Shown: in pieces, positions 41,801-50,068 of the stretch
Position numbering within the stretch: the stretch's first letter is position 1
How the letters are laid out: each line of letters begins with the position of its first letter
Assembly: GCA_024346625.1 (NCBI GenBank)
Contig: AP024664.1
Span: forward strand, 124,001-188,000
Direction of reading: 5' to 3'
DNA: 64,000 nucleotides
Source: Williopsis jadinii
Taxonomy: Eukaryota
The notes under the pieces: generated by a model
Databases searched by the model: none
Told to the model about the DNA's origin: nothing
The model's input: the letters and a program-made list of their open reading frames with translations, nothing else
Translations under genes and position numbers: made by a program

Positions 41801-43644
41801 AAACAAAGAATGAAAAGCAACGCAAAGTTCAAAAGCACTGTGTAGTTCAAATCTTTCGAAATTCTTGACTTTTTTGTTGGTGTTTCACCAGCGTTAAGCA
41901 TGATTTTTGTATCAGCACCTGTAAAAATGACTATACCCAACGCCCATTTGGTGTTTCTTAAGAAACAACCTCTTAACAGCATATTGTTGATGTTAATTGG
42001 TTCGTTTTTGATCTGTGCATCTTCACCATACCATTTCAAGTTACCTTGGTAGTTGTACAGGTTTGCATGAGGACCTTCACTTTCAATCCAACATTTTGAT
42101 CTCTGTACATCACGTGAATGCTTGATTTGCTGACCACATTTCAACGCTTGACGAACTTTCAAGTTTGTTTCACCATCAAGGTTCTTTGTCTCGACATAAC
42201 AAGCACCATCGGCATCTGAAGTTGATAAGAGGATGATATCTGCAGGGATTTCGTCGTTGTTGTGAACACGGACAATGTCACCGACTCTAACGTTTTTCCA
42301 CAAGTCTTTTTTAAACTGAGCCTCTGTATTTGCCGAAGTGATTGTCATGCCTGGATCGATAATAGATTCATTTGGATCAATTGCTTTATGAGAATCATCA
42401 AATGGGTTATCCAATGAGCGTCTAAAGTCATCTAACTGCATAGATTTACGACCACCCTCAAATGAATCAAAGGATTTTCTCATATTCATGGTTTCCTGTG
42501 CCAATTTCTCCAACCTTGCCTTTTCCTTTCCAGTCTTGGTAAAAGTTCTATTTGTCCATCTAAAGAATTTTATAACCATTCGGGTGTTCCATTTTTTAAA
42601 TCTTCTCCACATCGAAACGTTATCCTCTGAAACGTTAAAGTTCTCAATTCCATGAAGAATATGGGTTGGAGTGTTATTCACCTCCATATCCAACATCGTT
42701 CTTCTGGAATCCTCCATGGCATCCTTTATAGCTGTGATGATAACAATGACAATAAGAGGCACGGTAGATAAACCTGGATTTGGAACACCAAAGATGTCAA
42801 AGAAACCCAAGATGATCATAATCAAGAAGTAAATATTGGCAACATTTCTGAATTGGAACAAGATGTTCTTTGGTAAGAACGTCAACGGTGTATACTTTGT
42901 TGTTCTAATCTTATTTCTCGGATATGACGCAATTGGATCACCATTGTCATTCACCATCTCTTGAGGCAGTGGCATGTTCAAGTAGACAGATCTAAATTCA
43001 CTCTGTCTATTCTTTGCAGCGTCTTCTTCATCTTCCTCTGAATCGTCATCGTTGTGCACGTCATGGTTTGGCTTGAATCCAATGTCAAATCTATTCTTCC
43101 ATCTCAGCGTCCGTGTTCTCCCAACAGTCGGGACACCCTTCTTGTTACGCTGCGTACCCCAACGGTGCCTCTTCATCATGGAGCCCTTTCTAGGCAGTAC
43201 GGCATCGTCAAGGGACGATGACGGCAGGTCTGAGGTTTCGTTAAAGTCTTCAAAGTGTGCCTTCTCGGCAATCTTTGGCGTCGGCTGGTACGAATCCTGC
43301 GACAACGTTCTTACGAGCTCACTACCATCGCTCTTCAACTCCCCGATAGTTGGACTGAACGCGATTCTGGCACTCGGGTCCCTTCTACCAGGAGTACCTT
43401 TCCTCAATATCGAGCCGCCACGTGTGGCACCCAGAGTTGAGCCGCCGTTGGACGACTCCAACCGCGGGCTCGCCAGCTCGTTATCCAAATTCACCTCATC
43501 AAACGTGGCTCTCTGAGAGTCGTTGAACGGAGAGGAAGGTGACGTATCGGCATCACCTCCATCTGTGTGTATTTGTAAGCCGCCGTATGTCTTCTTCTTC
43601 GTCCTGTTGTTGTCACTCGCTGAAGTGCTATTGTCTCTGGACAT
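38803..43644 (-). CDS. DNF1: P4-ATPase phospholipid flippase (Dnf1/Dnf2 ortholog)
   Basis: YPRNKIRTTKYT, LDGETNLK, IFSDKTGTLT, LTGDKVETA, AIGDGSNDVAMIQ. Confidence 0.95.
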   Translation of the reverse strand: MSRDNSTSASDNNRTKKKTYGGLQIHTDGGDADTSPSSPFNDSQRATFDEVNLDNELASPRLESSNGGSTLGATRGGSILRKGTPGRRDPSARIAFSPTIGELKSDGSELVRTLSQDSYQPTPKIAEKAHFEDFNETSDLPSSSLDDAVLPRKGSMMKRHRWGTQRNKKGVPTVGRTRTLRWKNRFDIGFKPNHDVHNDDDSEEDEEDAAKNRQSEFRSVYLNMPLPQEMVNDNGDPIASYPRNKIRTTKYTPLTFLPKNILFQFRNVANIYFLIMIILGFFDIFGVPNPGLSTVPLIVIVIITAIKDAMEDSRRTMLDMEVNNTPTHILHGIENFNVSEDNVSMWRRFKKWNTRMVIKFFRWTNRTFTKTGKEKARLEKLAQETMNMRKSFDSFEGGRKSMQLDDFRRSLDNPFDDSHKAIDPNESIIDPGMTITSANTEAQFKKDLWKNVRVGDIVRVHNNDEIPADIILLSTSDADGACYVETKNLDGETNLKVRQALKCGQQIKHSRDVQRSKCWIESEGPHANLYNYQGNLKWYGEDAQIKNEPININNMLLRGCFLRNTKWALGIVIFTGADTKIMLNAGETPTKKSRISKDLNYTVLLNFALLFILCFISGLVNGISYNQELNSRRYFEFGTIAGSSAANGIVSFFVAVILYQSLVPISLYISIEIVKTAQAFFIYSDVNMYYDKLDYPCTPKSWNISDDLGQIEYIFSDKTGTLTQNVMEFKKCTINGISYGRAYTEALAGLRKRQGVDVEEESSREKAAIAEDKEIMIQDLYSISPNKRLKPEEVTFISKEFVQDLKGARGAEQQAADEHFMLALALCHSVLAEEDKSDPDKIIFKAQSPDEAALVGTARDVGFCYINSTKKGLIVEVQGVAKEYQVLNVLEFNSTRKRMSAIIKIPSDDPNGEPKALLICKGADSIIYSRLKKNSDEQLLERTALHLEEYATEGLRTLCIAQRELSWDQYLTWSKKHESAAAALVKREEKMEEVADSIERELTLLGGTAIEDRLQDGVPDAIAILAQAGIKLWVLTGDKVETAINIGFSCNLLGNDMELLVVKTTGEDVENISRDPRLIVAHLLDKYLREKFDMDGSWEEVEKAKSEHEPPHGNYGVVIDGDALKLALQGDNMRKFLLLCKQCKAVLCCRVSPAQKAAVVKMVKENLEVMTLAIGDGSNDVAMIQSADIGVGIAGEEGRQAVMSSDYAVGQFRYLTRLVLVHGRWSYKRIAEMIPSFFYKNVIFTVALFWYGIFNQFDGTYLFEYTYLMFYNLAFTSLPVIFMGIFDQDVNDVVSLLVPQLYVVGIYRTEWTMKKFWWYMVDGVYQSVMSYFLPYCLYKTGGIVSFNGLNLDHRYWIGTLVASIAVISCNLYMLIHLYMWDWLSSLIIFLSIIVLIAWTGIWSSSTASAEYYKAAAQVYGSVAFWACLFVGILVCLMPRFVYDCCQKYFFPKDVDIIRECVARGDFSQYPKSYDPTDPNRPKISQYSTNHMLTHATASPKTPRSSRMFSRGSKRSSYPTDDQHLSTEEIAMQLVDDNGTPRFRERGQFSDIDNHDTDNFEPRTSLEVTRRSMQRERQLGDGRISIENARTSLDLPGLTNARDLMKTTTREDYS

Positions 43645-45111
43645 TTTGTGTTGAGCAAATGCGGGCGGCTAACGTGGGAAGTAAACAAACCACAAAAACA
43701 ATCCTCTGTTGGCTAGGTGATAACGGTAAAGTGTGTTGTGTGTTCTTCTTTAACAGCACAAAAACCAAGAAAATAGCCACGCTCTTTGGATCAAAAAAAA
43801 AACTATGGCAACAAACAGAAGACTCGAAAAGATGCAAATAACGCGTTGACTTTTCTGGCTTTAAAACTCTTTCCCTTAGCTTCCTTCTCTAGATTGTTGA
43901 AGAAGGACAGGGTGTATTTCCTATAGGAGGAGGGAATATAAAAAGGAACAAACTTCAGTAGATGACAACAAGAAAGCAGAAAACGTATTTTTCTATTCCG
44001 TTCTTTTCTTTCGCTTCCAGCCCTTCTACCTCTCTGTAGCACGGTGTCCTTTCTCCTTGCACGCTCAGCTTTCTCTGTACTTTCCACAGGTGTGTGCTCT
44101 TCAGTGTGTCTGTAGACAAGAATCGATTGCCCACACAGAACGCAAAACCTCAGGGCCCAGAGCCTAAACCGAAGTCCAAATCAAAGCCAAAATCAAAACC
44201 AAAATCAAAGGAAGACCAACAACGGGTAGAAATCAAAGCACGCACTCACAGGGAAACTGTTTGAAATCCAAACCGCAAGGGCAAATTCTCTTTCACTTGC
44301 ACGAAAAACCAGGAGAGGAGGTGTAAAACAAGAGAAGATACTAACAATCTCTTTGTAGAAGAAGAAAAACGATATCTTTCAGCCTACGTGGAAGGAAAGT
44401 TAGAAGGGGAAAGAGAAAGGGACGAGGGAAATTTGGGTAAGCGCTGCTCCTCTCCCTCCGCCTTGTAAATTTGAACGTGCAAAATCTAAACCGTAACGTG
44501 TACAACAACGCCGTCACCGGGGAGATTTCCAGCGCGATGAGGCGGCAGGAGCGCATGCGCTCTTTTTCTTTATGGCTCTTTTGTCTCTTTATTCGCTTTC
44601 TGTGCCCTCCTTCAGGGCGTTTTCTTTCCGTCATTTCGGAACAATAGAAACTTAAAATCGGCTGCCGATGGGGTGGTGGTAAGTGTTGGTTGGTCTCAAT
44701 TACGAGCCTGTGTACAGCTTTATGAATGCATTTGGACCTTTATAGCGGGAGCTCATTCTTACAACTGGATTTGATACTCTAATGTAAAAAAAAGAAAAGA
44801 TTTGGAGTCATGTCTTCTGGTCTCAAATGGCAAAAATCCCTTTCCCCTTGAAACTTCCGTCCCGATATCAAGACGATGAAACTTTAAATTTGAGCCAAAA
44901 AAAATGCCGATCTATCCCGATGCTTATGTAATAACACCTGGACATTGCATATACACCCAAGTATTGCTACAACCGGTGATATTGGCGCTACTGCTGGCAT
45001 TGCGATGAGCTACATGCTTTCAAAACAGTTACCGTACTCTTTCTCATTAGCATCGTTAAACCTTGGCAACAGCAGCTTAAACGCCATGTACGCATCCCAT
45101 TCTAGCACAGC

Positions 45112-45760
45112 CTATTCTAGCACAGCATACTTCTTGGTCCACTCCCTTGCGGTCTCAATGGCCTGAGTCTCATGCTGTAACCATGCCTCTGCAACGTCAT
45201 TGGCAAGCGGATCGTTAGGGTTTGGTGCGGCCAATAGCGCCTGGATGGATAATAGGATGGTTCTAATTTGAAGCGCAGGTGACCAGTTGTTCTTGAGAAC
45301 ATCGAGGCAAATTCTGCCCAGCTTGTCAATGTTTGGGTGGTAGATCTTGGTCAAGAATCTCACCTTAGGTGCAACCACTGGAAGAAACAGTCAGTACATG
45401 GTGTGCTCATCTCTAAAAAGGGGGAAACAACTCACTAGGATAGTCATCGGGTAAATAGAGCTCCAACTTGAAGATACCGCCTTCGTATGGAGATTGATCT
45501 GGCCCTTCAATGGTAACGTTGAAATATCTCAAGTTTTCCTCTGATGGAACAGCAGTGATTCCAGGGACTGGATCACTGACAAGTCTCTCAGTTTCCTTTG
45601 ATAAAAAAAGGGCAATGTTAGTCGCTTATACTCAATACATGTAGATGTTCTTTGCTTATCTCTTTCCTCACAAGACTCACAAGTCCACACAGGGAACACA
45701 TCAAACAGAAAATTGCACCCGTATACGTACTTTGATGATTCTCTTTGGTAACGAACTCAT
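45112..45760 (-). CDS. UBC13: E2 ubiquitin-conjugating enzyme Ubc13; join(45760..45731,45595..45436,45377..45112), 151 aa
   Basis: Spliced product [23 protein letters not shown]...[38 protein letters not shown]. Exons of 30+160+266 nt keep the frame. Confidence 0.95.
45378..45435 (-). other. UBC13 intron 2 (58 nt)
   Basis: Donor GTGAGT, branch TACTGAC (45390-45396), acceptor CAG. Splicing restores the conserved YPM.APK. Confidence 0.9.
45596..45730 (-). other. UBC13 intron 1 (135 nt)
   Basis: Donor GTACGT after codon 10, branch GACTAAC (45617-45623), acceptor AAG. Confidence 0.88.
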
Positions 45761-45894
45761 TTGAGCTTTAACAGTTCTAGAACAGAAGATTCAGAATGAA
45801 GTTTCCTACTTCTCATGCCCATGGAGAGATTGAACACAGTCAAAATCGTTGTCCTCCTCAGGGAACGGAGCGCAAGGGGAAAAAACAGGATGAA

Positions 45895-45939
45895 ACATCC
45901 GGACATCTATTAACCCGAACACCTGATAACCCGGACACC
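45895..45939. promoter_or_regulatory. Three Rap1-like sites in the UBC13-TED1 divergent promoter
   Basis: ACATCCGGACAT (45895), AACCCGAACAC (45912), AACCCGGACACC (45928). Confidence 0.55.
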
Positions 45940-46035
45940 AATGTATTCAGCCCCAGTGGGACTCATTTCATCAACAGTTTTATATATAAACCTTTTCCAA
46001 GGAGCTCTGGCAGAGCGTGTTTTGCCCCGAGAGCA

Positions 46036-47436
46036 ATGTCATTTCTTCGCAAATTCACAGCATTTGCTGTGGTGCTTTCGTTGGTGTTGAACGTATACAT
46101 CTTCACTTATCCATCATTGGACTCAAAGCACTGTTCATGGAGCTACCAAAAGAGGATCCCAAGAGATGATCCACAATGGTTGAAACCTCTGAGATCGGTC
46201 CCTTATTTCAGCGATTTGATTGATCAATACCTATATCCACCTGTTTTTGAGGTTCCAAAGGTACCAGACATCAAGATGCTGGCGTTCGGAGACCCTCAGA
46301 TCAAGGGGAATTGGCCATCCACTCCGTACATCAAGAGACTGGACACTTATGGTAATGACTACTACTTGGGACATATCTACCAAGTGATGAAGCGCAGATT
46401 GCAGCCAACCATAGTGGCACCACTGGGTGACCTCTTCTCAAGTCAATGGATCAGTGATTCGGAATTCTTCAACAGAACTAGACGTTACGTCACAAGACTG
46501 TTTGATCAACCAGATGAACAGAGAGAGTACGCAATTAATATTGTTGATGAGCATGTTGATATTGACTGGAGGAAATTCCTCGAGGAAACAAAGGGTACCG
46601 ACTTGAAAGATTTCGAATTTGGTTACAGTGATGTCTACGATTGGTGTACACCAAATTACGCTAAGAGATTTGCCAATGAACCGTTATTCATCAACGTTAG
46701 TGGCAACCATGACATTGGATACTCTGGTGATGCAACATGGCAGCATATGGCACGTTATCGTTCGCTTTTCGGCAAGGATAACTACTGGATAGAGTACAAC
46801 CGTGGCACTCCTCATGCGTACAGAATTGTCGTCCTGAACTCATTGCTCTTGGAAGGCCCAGCTTTACAGCCAGAGTTCTTGAATTACACATGGGAGTTCC
46901 TATATCAACTATTCGAGAGAAAATTCGACGGTGCCACGATTCTGCTGACCCATGTCCCATTCTACAAGGAGGAAGGCTTCTGCGTAGATGGACCACATTT
47001 CGAATACTACGAAAACTACGAAAGAGAGCCTTACAAAAATGGTAAGCTGAGGTCGCAGAACCACTTGAGTAAAGACGTGTCACAACGTGTCCTCTCCTTG
47101 GTCTTTGATGAGAACCCTGGAATCGTCCTCACCGGGCATGACCATGAAGGCTGTGAAACGTACTACAACTTGAACACAACCAGTGGTGAATGGTCCGCAA
47201 CCAAAGAAAAGAGCAACAAGCCTGGTGTCGTTAGAGAGGTCACGGTCAGGGCCATGATGGGAGAGTACGGTGGTAACAGTGGGTTGATGACTGGTCATTT
47301 CAACAAGATGCAAGGAAGATGGGAGTTTGACTTCAACCTGTGTCCATTCATCATCCAGCACGTCTGGTGGGTCACTAAAATCGCCACAATCGTTGCAGTG
47401 ATTCTCTCATCCACCGTCTTCATCTTTGCATTGTGA
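46036..47436 (+). CDS. TED1: GPI-remodelling metallophosphoesterase Ted1
   Basis: FGDPQI, LGDLFSSQWI, SGNHDIGY, LLTHVPFYK, TGHDHEGC, with N- and C-terminal TM segments. Likely ATG at 46036. Confidence 0.93.
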   Translation: MSFLRKFTAFAVVLSLVLNVYIFTYPSLDSKHCSWSYQKRIPRDDPQWLKPLRSVPYFSDLIDQYLYPPVFEVPKVPDIKMLAFGDPQIKGNWPSTPYIKRLDTYGNDYYLGHIYQVMKRRLQPTIVAPLGDLFSSQWISDSEFFNRTRRYVTRLFDQPDEQREYAINIVDEHVDIDWRKFLEETKGTDLKDFEFGYSDVYDWCTPNYAKRFANEPLFINVSGNHDIGYSGDATWQHMARYRSLFGKDNYWIEYNRGTPHAYRIVVLNSLLLEGPALQPEFLNYTWEFLYQLFERKFDGATILLTHVPFYKEEGFCVDGPHFEYYENYEREPYKNGKLRSQNHLSKDVSQRVLSLVFDENPGIVLTGHDHEGCETYYNLNTTSGEWSATKEKSNKPGVVREVTVRAMMGEYGGNSGLMTGHFNKMQGRWEFDFNLCPFIIQHVWWVTKIATIVAVILSSTVFIFAL

Positions 47437-47536
47437 TGTTATATCTATATACGCTTGTTCACATCTTCAAGATCAAATGGAATAAAATAAACCGTACTTA
47501 TAGCCTATGCCCTATAATTGGAACTGTTGCGCGTAC

Positions 47537-47579
47537 CTCATCTCTTCACATACAAAAAAAATTCAGGTGAAAAACTTTT
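47537..47579 (+). promoter_or_regulatory. PAC + RRPE promoter directly upstream of the predicted snoRNA
   Basis: CTCATCTC at 47537, AAAAAAAATTCA at 47554, TGAAAAACTTTT at 47568. No ribosome-biogenesis protein gene follows. Confidence 0.7.
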
Positions 47580-47623
47580 CAGTACTTTTCCCATTTATTT
47601 CTTGCTTCTTTACAGAAATTTAC

Positions 47624-47911
47624 AACCAACAATTTGGCCCAAGTTCTTATTCTAACTCCTATGGAACGTCACGTAATGGTCACTTTGCTCACTTCTTTTA
47701 GTGAGCGAAGTGTTCTACTTTGCCTTGCCTATTCAGTTAGGAAGGCGATACTTTCAGAATTTGTACCATATGGTGAATTGCCGAGGGGGTTTTAGAAGAT
47801 GGTTCTTTGGGTTGAAACAGTTTGGTGAGAATAAAAGTTCTCTTTGGCCTCAAGAATTTGCTATCCTTGACTCTTTAGGACGATAGTGGATCCCGTTAGG
47901 TCAATACATTC
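47624..47911 (+). ncRNA. Box H/ACA snoRNA (~290 nt), independently transcribed
   Basis: 5' hairpin (ACCAA 47625 / TTGGT 47822; GCCCAAG / TTTGGGT), H box AGAATA 47828-47833, 3' hairpin (TTGGCCT / AGGTCAA; ATTTGCTATC / GATAGTGGAT), ACA at 47906-47908. The pockets lie 15 and 14 nt from the boxes. Downstream is a T-tract with TGTA/TCTT Nrd1-Nab3-like words. Confidence 0.75.
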
Positions 47912-49000
47912 TACCCAGTGTGCTTTTTTTTTGTACTCTTAGTCTTCGAATTACCTTTAATACGATTTAGTATAGATGTGATGCCCACTTTTGAAAGGTC
48001 TGAATGAGTGAATCCCTATTCCAGTATAGGATAATAGTCATGTTGAACCGTATAGTATTGAACCGTACTGTACAAACCTGACGGTTCGTTATACGGAGCC
48101 TCGCAGACTATACCCATTGAGCAAACAACCCCAGGGTATCTGTAGCTGCGGAACGCAGTCTTGTGCCTATAATAATCGCTGGCTTGAACCTATGGCGTGT
48201 TCTTTGAAGCATATAAAGCGAGGTGATTTGAGACCCAATTCCATTCAGCCTTGATGTATAAAGTGAGCATTTGTAACTTGAATGCCCAATAACCGCAACA
48301 CCTTCGCTCCAAAGTGCACTTCCATGACCAATTAGCTCATACAGTCCTTGTTATAAACGTTTGGCCAATACAAAATATCAAACCTGGTTGTTTAACCACT
48401 GTATATCATTTCACGTATGCCCCCACAGAGAGCCATCGGTCACGTGACTTTTCCCCGACGTGGTGTTTGGATGTTATGAGACCACTACGTACTATGGCTC
48501 TGATTATATACAACTTTGAGCAATTAAACTACCCTTAAACTGCTTTATTCCCACTATTCTTACTACTAGTACATAATTCCCGTTTAAAGTAATCAAATAT
48601 CATATAATCATGAACATTTATAATATATTTTCTCAAAACTCTGGAGTAGAGATTATGTACAGAAATTCTACTACGATAGTAATCAAAATGACCAAACAAT
48701 AATACCAAAACTCACCATTTATAACAAGTCCCGCTTCTTCACACAACTACAATCATCAAAATCAAATATTGATATATAAACATCGCCATATAGAATACCC
48801 ACCAGGGCATAAAATCCCCATTTTGACGTCTTCGCTTTCCCAATTAGGTAGACTTCCTAATCGGGCAATTTTGCACCTGTAAGGTGTATTCGGGTTTTCC
48901 CTCCCAATATCGGACAACTTCCTTCGCCCACAAACTTGTGATGCTTCTCCCTTCTTCTTTCAACATCCCCCTGTTGTGGTAGCCAATTGAACCAAACCAA

Positions 49001-49957
49001 ATGTCCTTCTTCCAGAACTTATCAAAGAACCTCCAAACTGGGCTCAACGAGGGTTATAGCCAAGCTCAGAAGCTCTCCTCTGAGATCACCCCGCTGGCCC
49101 AAAGAACTGCCAGACAGATACAGGAGAAGCTAGGTCAAACTGACGATATCTCCCAGTTGCCTCAGGAGTACACTGAGTTGGAGCAGAAGGTTGACCTGCT
49201 GAAGTCTGTCTACAAGACACTGCTCTCGGTGACCTCAACATTTGATTCTGAGTCGTATGACTACCCAAACAACGTTAAGGAATCTGTCACTGAGATGTCA
49301 AAGAACTTCACAAACAAGGTTGAGAAGTTGGCCTCTGCCAGATCTACCTCTGAAGCCCATGCCGTCATCGTCAGTGAGAACCCACGCTCATTGCCAAAGA
49401 CTTTGAACCAGGCTCTCTCCACCGCTGCCAATGTGTCTGCTCTCAAGATCCAACAGCTATCAACTGACGACTCTCTGGACATTGTTGCACAAGGGTTAAC
49501 TCAGGTTGGCCAAGTGGAGGCCAAGATCAGCGAGGCTAAGCTGCAACAGGACAAGCTCATCCAGACAAACGTGAACAAGCCATTTGTCTTGCAATTGAAG
49601 CAGTCTTTGTCAGTTGCAGACAGGGCTAGAAAGAACGTTGAGAACAAGAGATTGTCCTACGACGCTGCCAGAAGCTCTCTCAAGAATTGCAAGCCTGAGA
49701 AGGAGGCAAGTCTGAGAGTGACGTTAGAGTCCTTGGAGGACGAATTTGCAGCAGCCACTGAAGATGCTGTTGTTGTTATGAAGGATGTCTTGAAGAAAGC
49801 TGAGGTCCTGGAGCAATTGACAGAGTTAATCACTGCTCAATTGGCCTTCCACAAGGCTGCTAGTGAATTGCTAGGTCAACTCTTGCCAACCTTGGAGAAC
49901 TTGAAAGAGGATGCCGGTGGTAAGGTGTTGTCCGATATTGAGGATGCTGATATATAA
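49001..49957 (+). CDS. GVP36: BAR-domain protein Gvp36
   Basis: QEKLGQTDDISQLPQEYTELE, ESYDYP, PKTL, RLSYDAAR, LEDEFAAATE. Confidence 0.92.
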   Translation: MSFFQNLSKNLQTGLNEGYSQAQKLSSEITPLAQRTARQIQEKLGQTDDISQLPQEYTELEQKVDLLKSVYKTLLSVTSTFDSESYDYPNNVKESVTEMSKNFTNKVEKLASARSTSEAHAVIVSENPRSLPKTLNQALSTAANVSALKIQQLSTDDSLDIVAQGLTQVGQVEAKISEAKLQQDKLIQTNVNKPFVLQLKQSLSVADRARKNVENKRLSYDAARSSLKNCKPEKEASLRVTLESLEDEFAAATEDAVVVMKDVLKKAEVLEQLTELITAQLAFHKAASELLGQLLPTLENLKEDAGGKVLSDIEDADI

Positions 49958-50068
49958 AAGTAGCACTCAGAACTCCTTTTTTTACTCTCTGTGTATGTAT
50001 ATGTATGCTGGTTTGATTTGCTTCTAATATATATATATATTCTTGTTGTTGCTATTAGATTTATGTAT

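Noticed and set aside
44339..44357. TACTAAC...TAG on the plus strand upstream of DNF1/2
   Set aside because: No suitable nearby donor and no credible downstream exon; several chance 7-mers are expected in 64 kb.
48041..48300. Possible solo LTR (TGTTG...CAACA)
   Set aside because: No target-site duplication and no second copy in the window.
48170..48718. Minus-strand ATG|GTGAGT (about 48718-48710) suggesting a one-codon exon and intron
   Set aside because: No good branch point; candidate exon 2 gives only a short, unrecognisable peptide.
48439..48790. Point centromere (CDEI-like site plus AT-rich DNA)
   Set aside because: The AT-rich block does not abut CDEI and no CDEIII was found; a Cbf1 promoter site is the simpler explanation.
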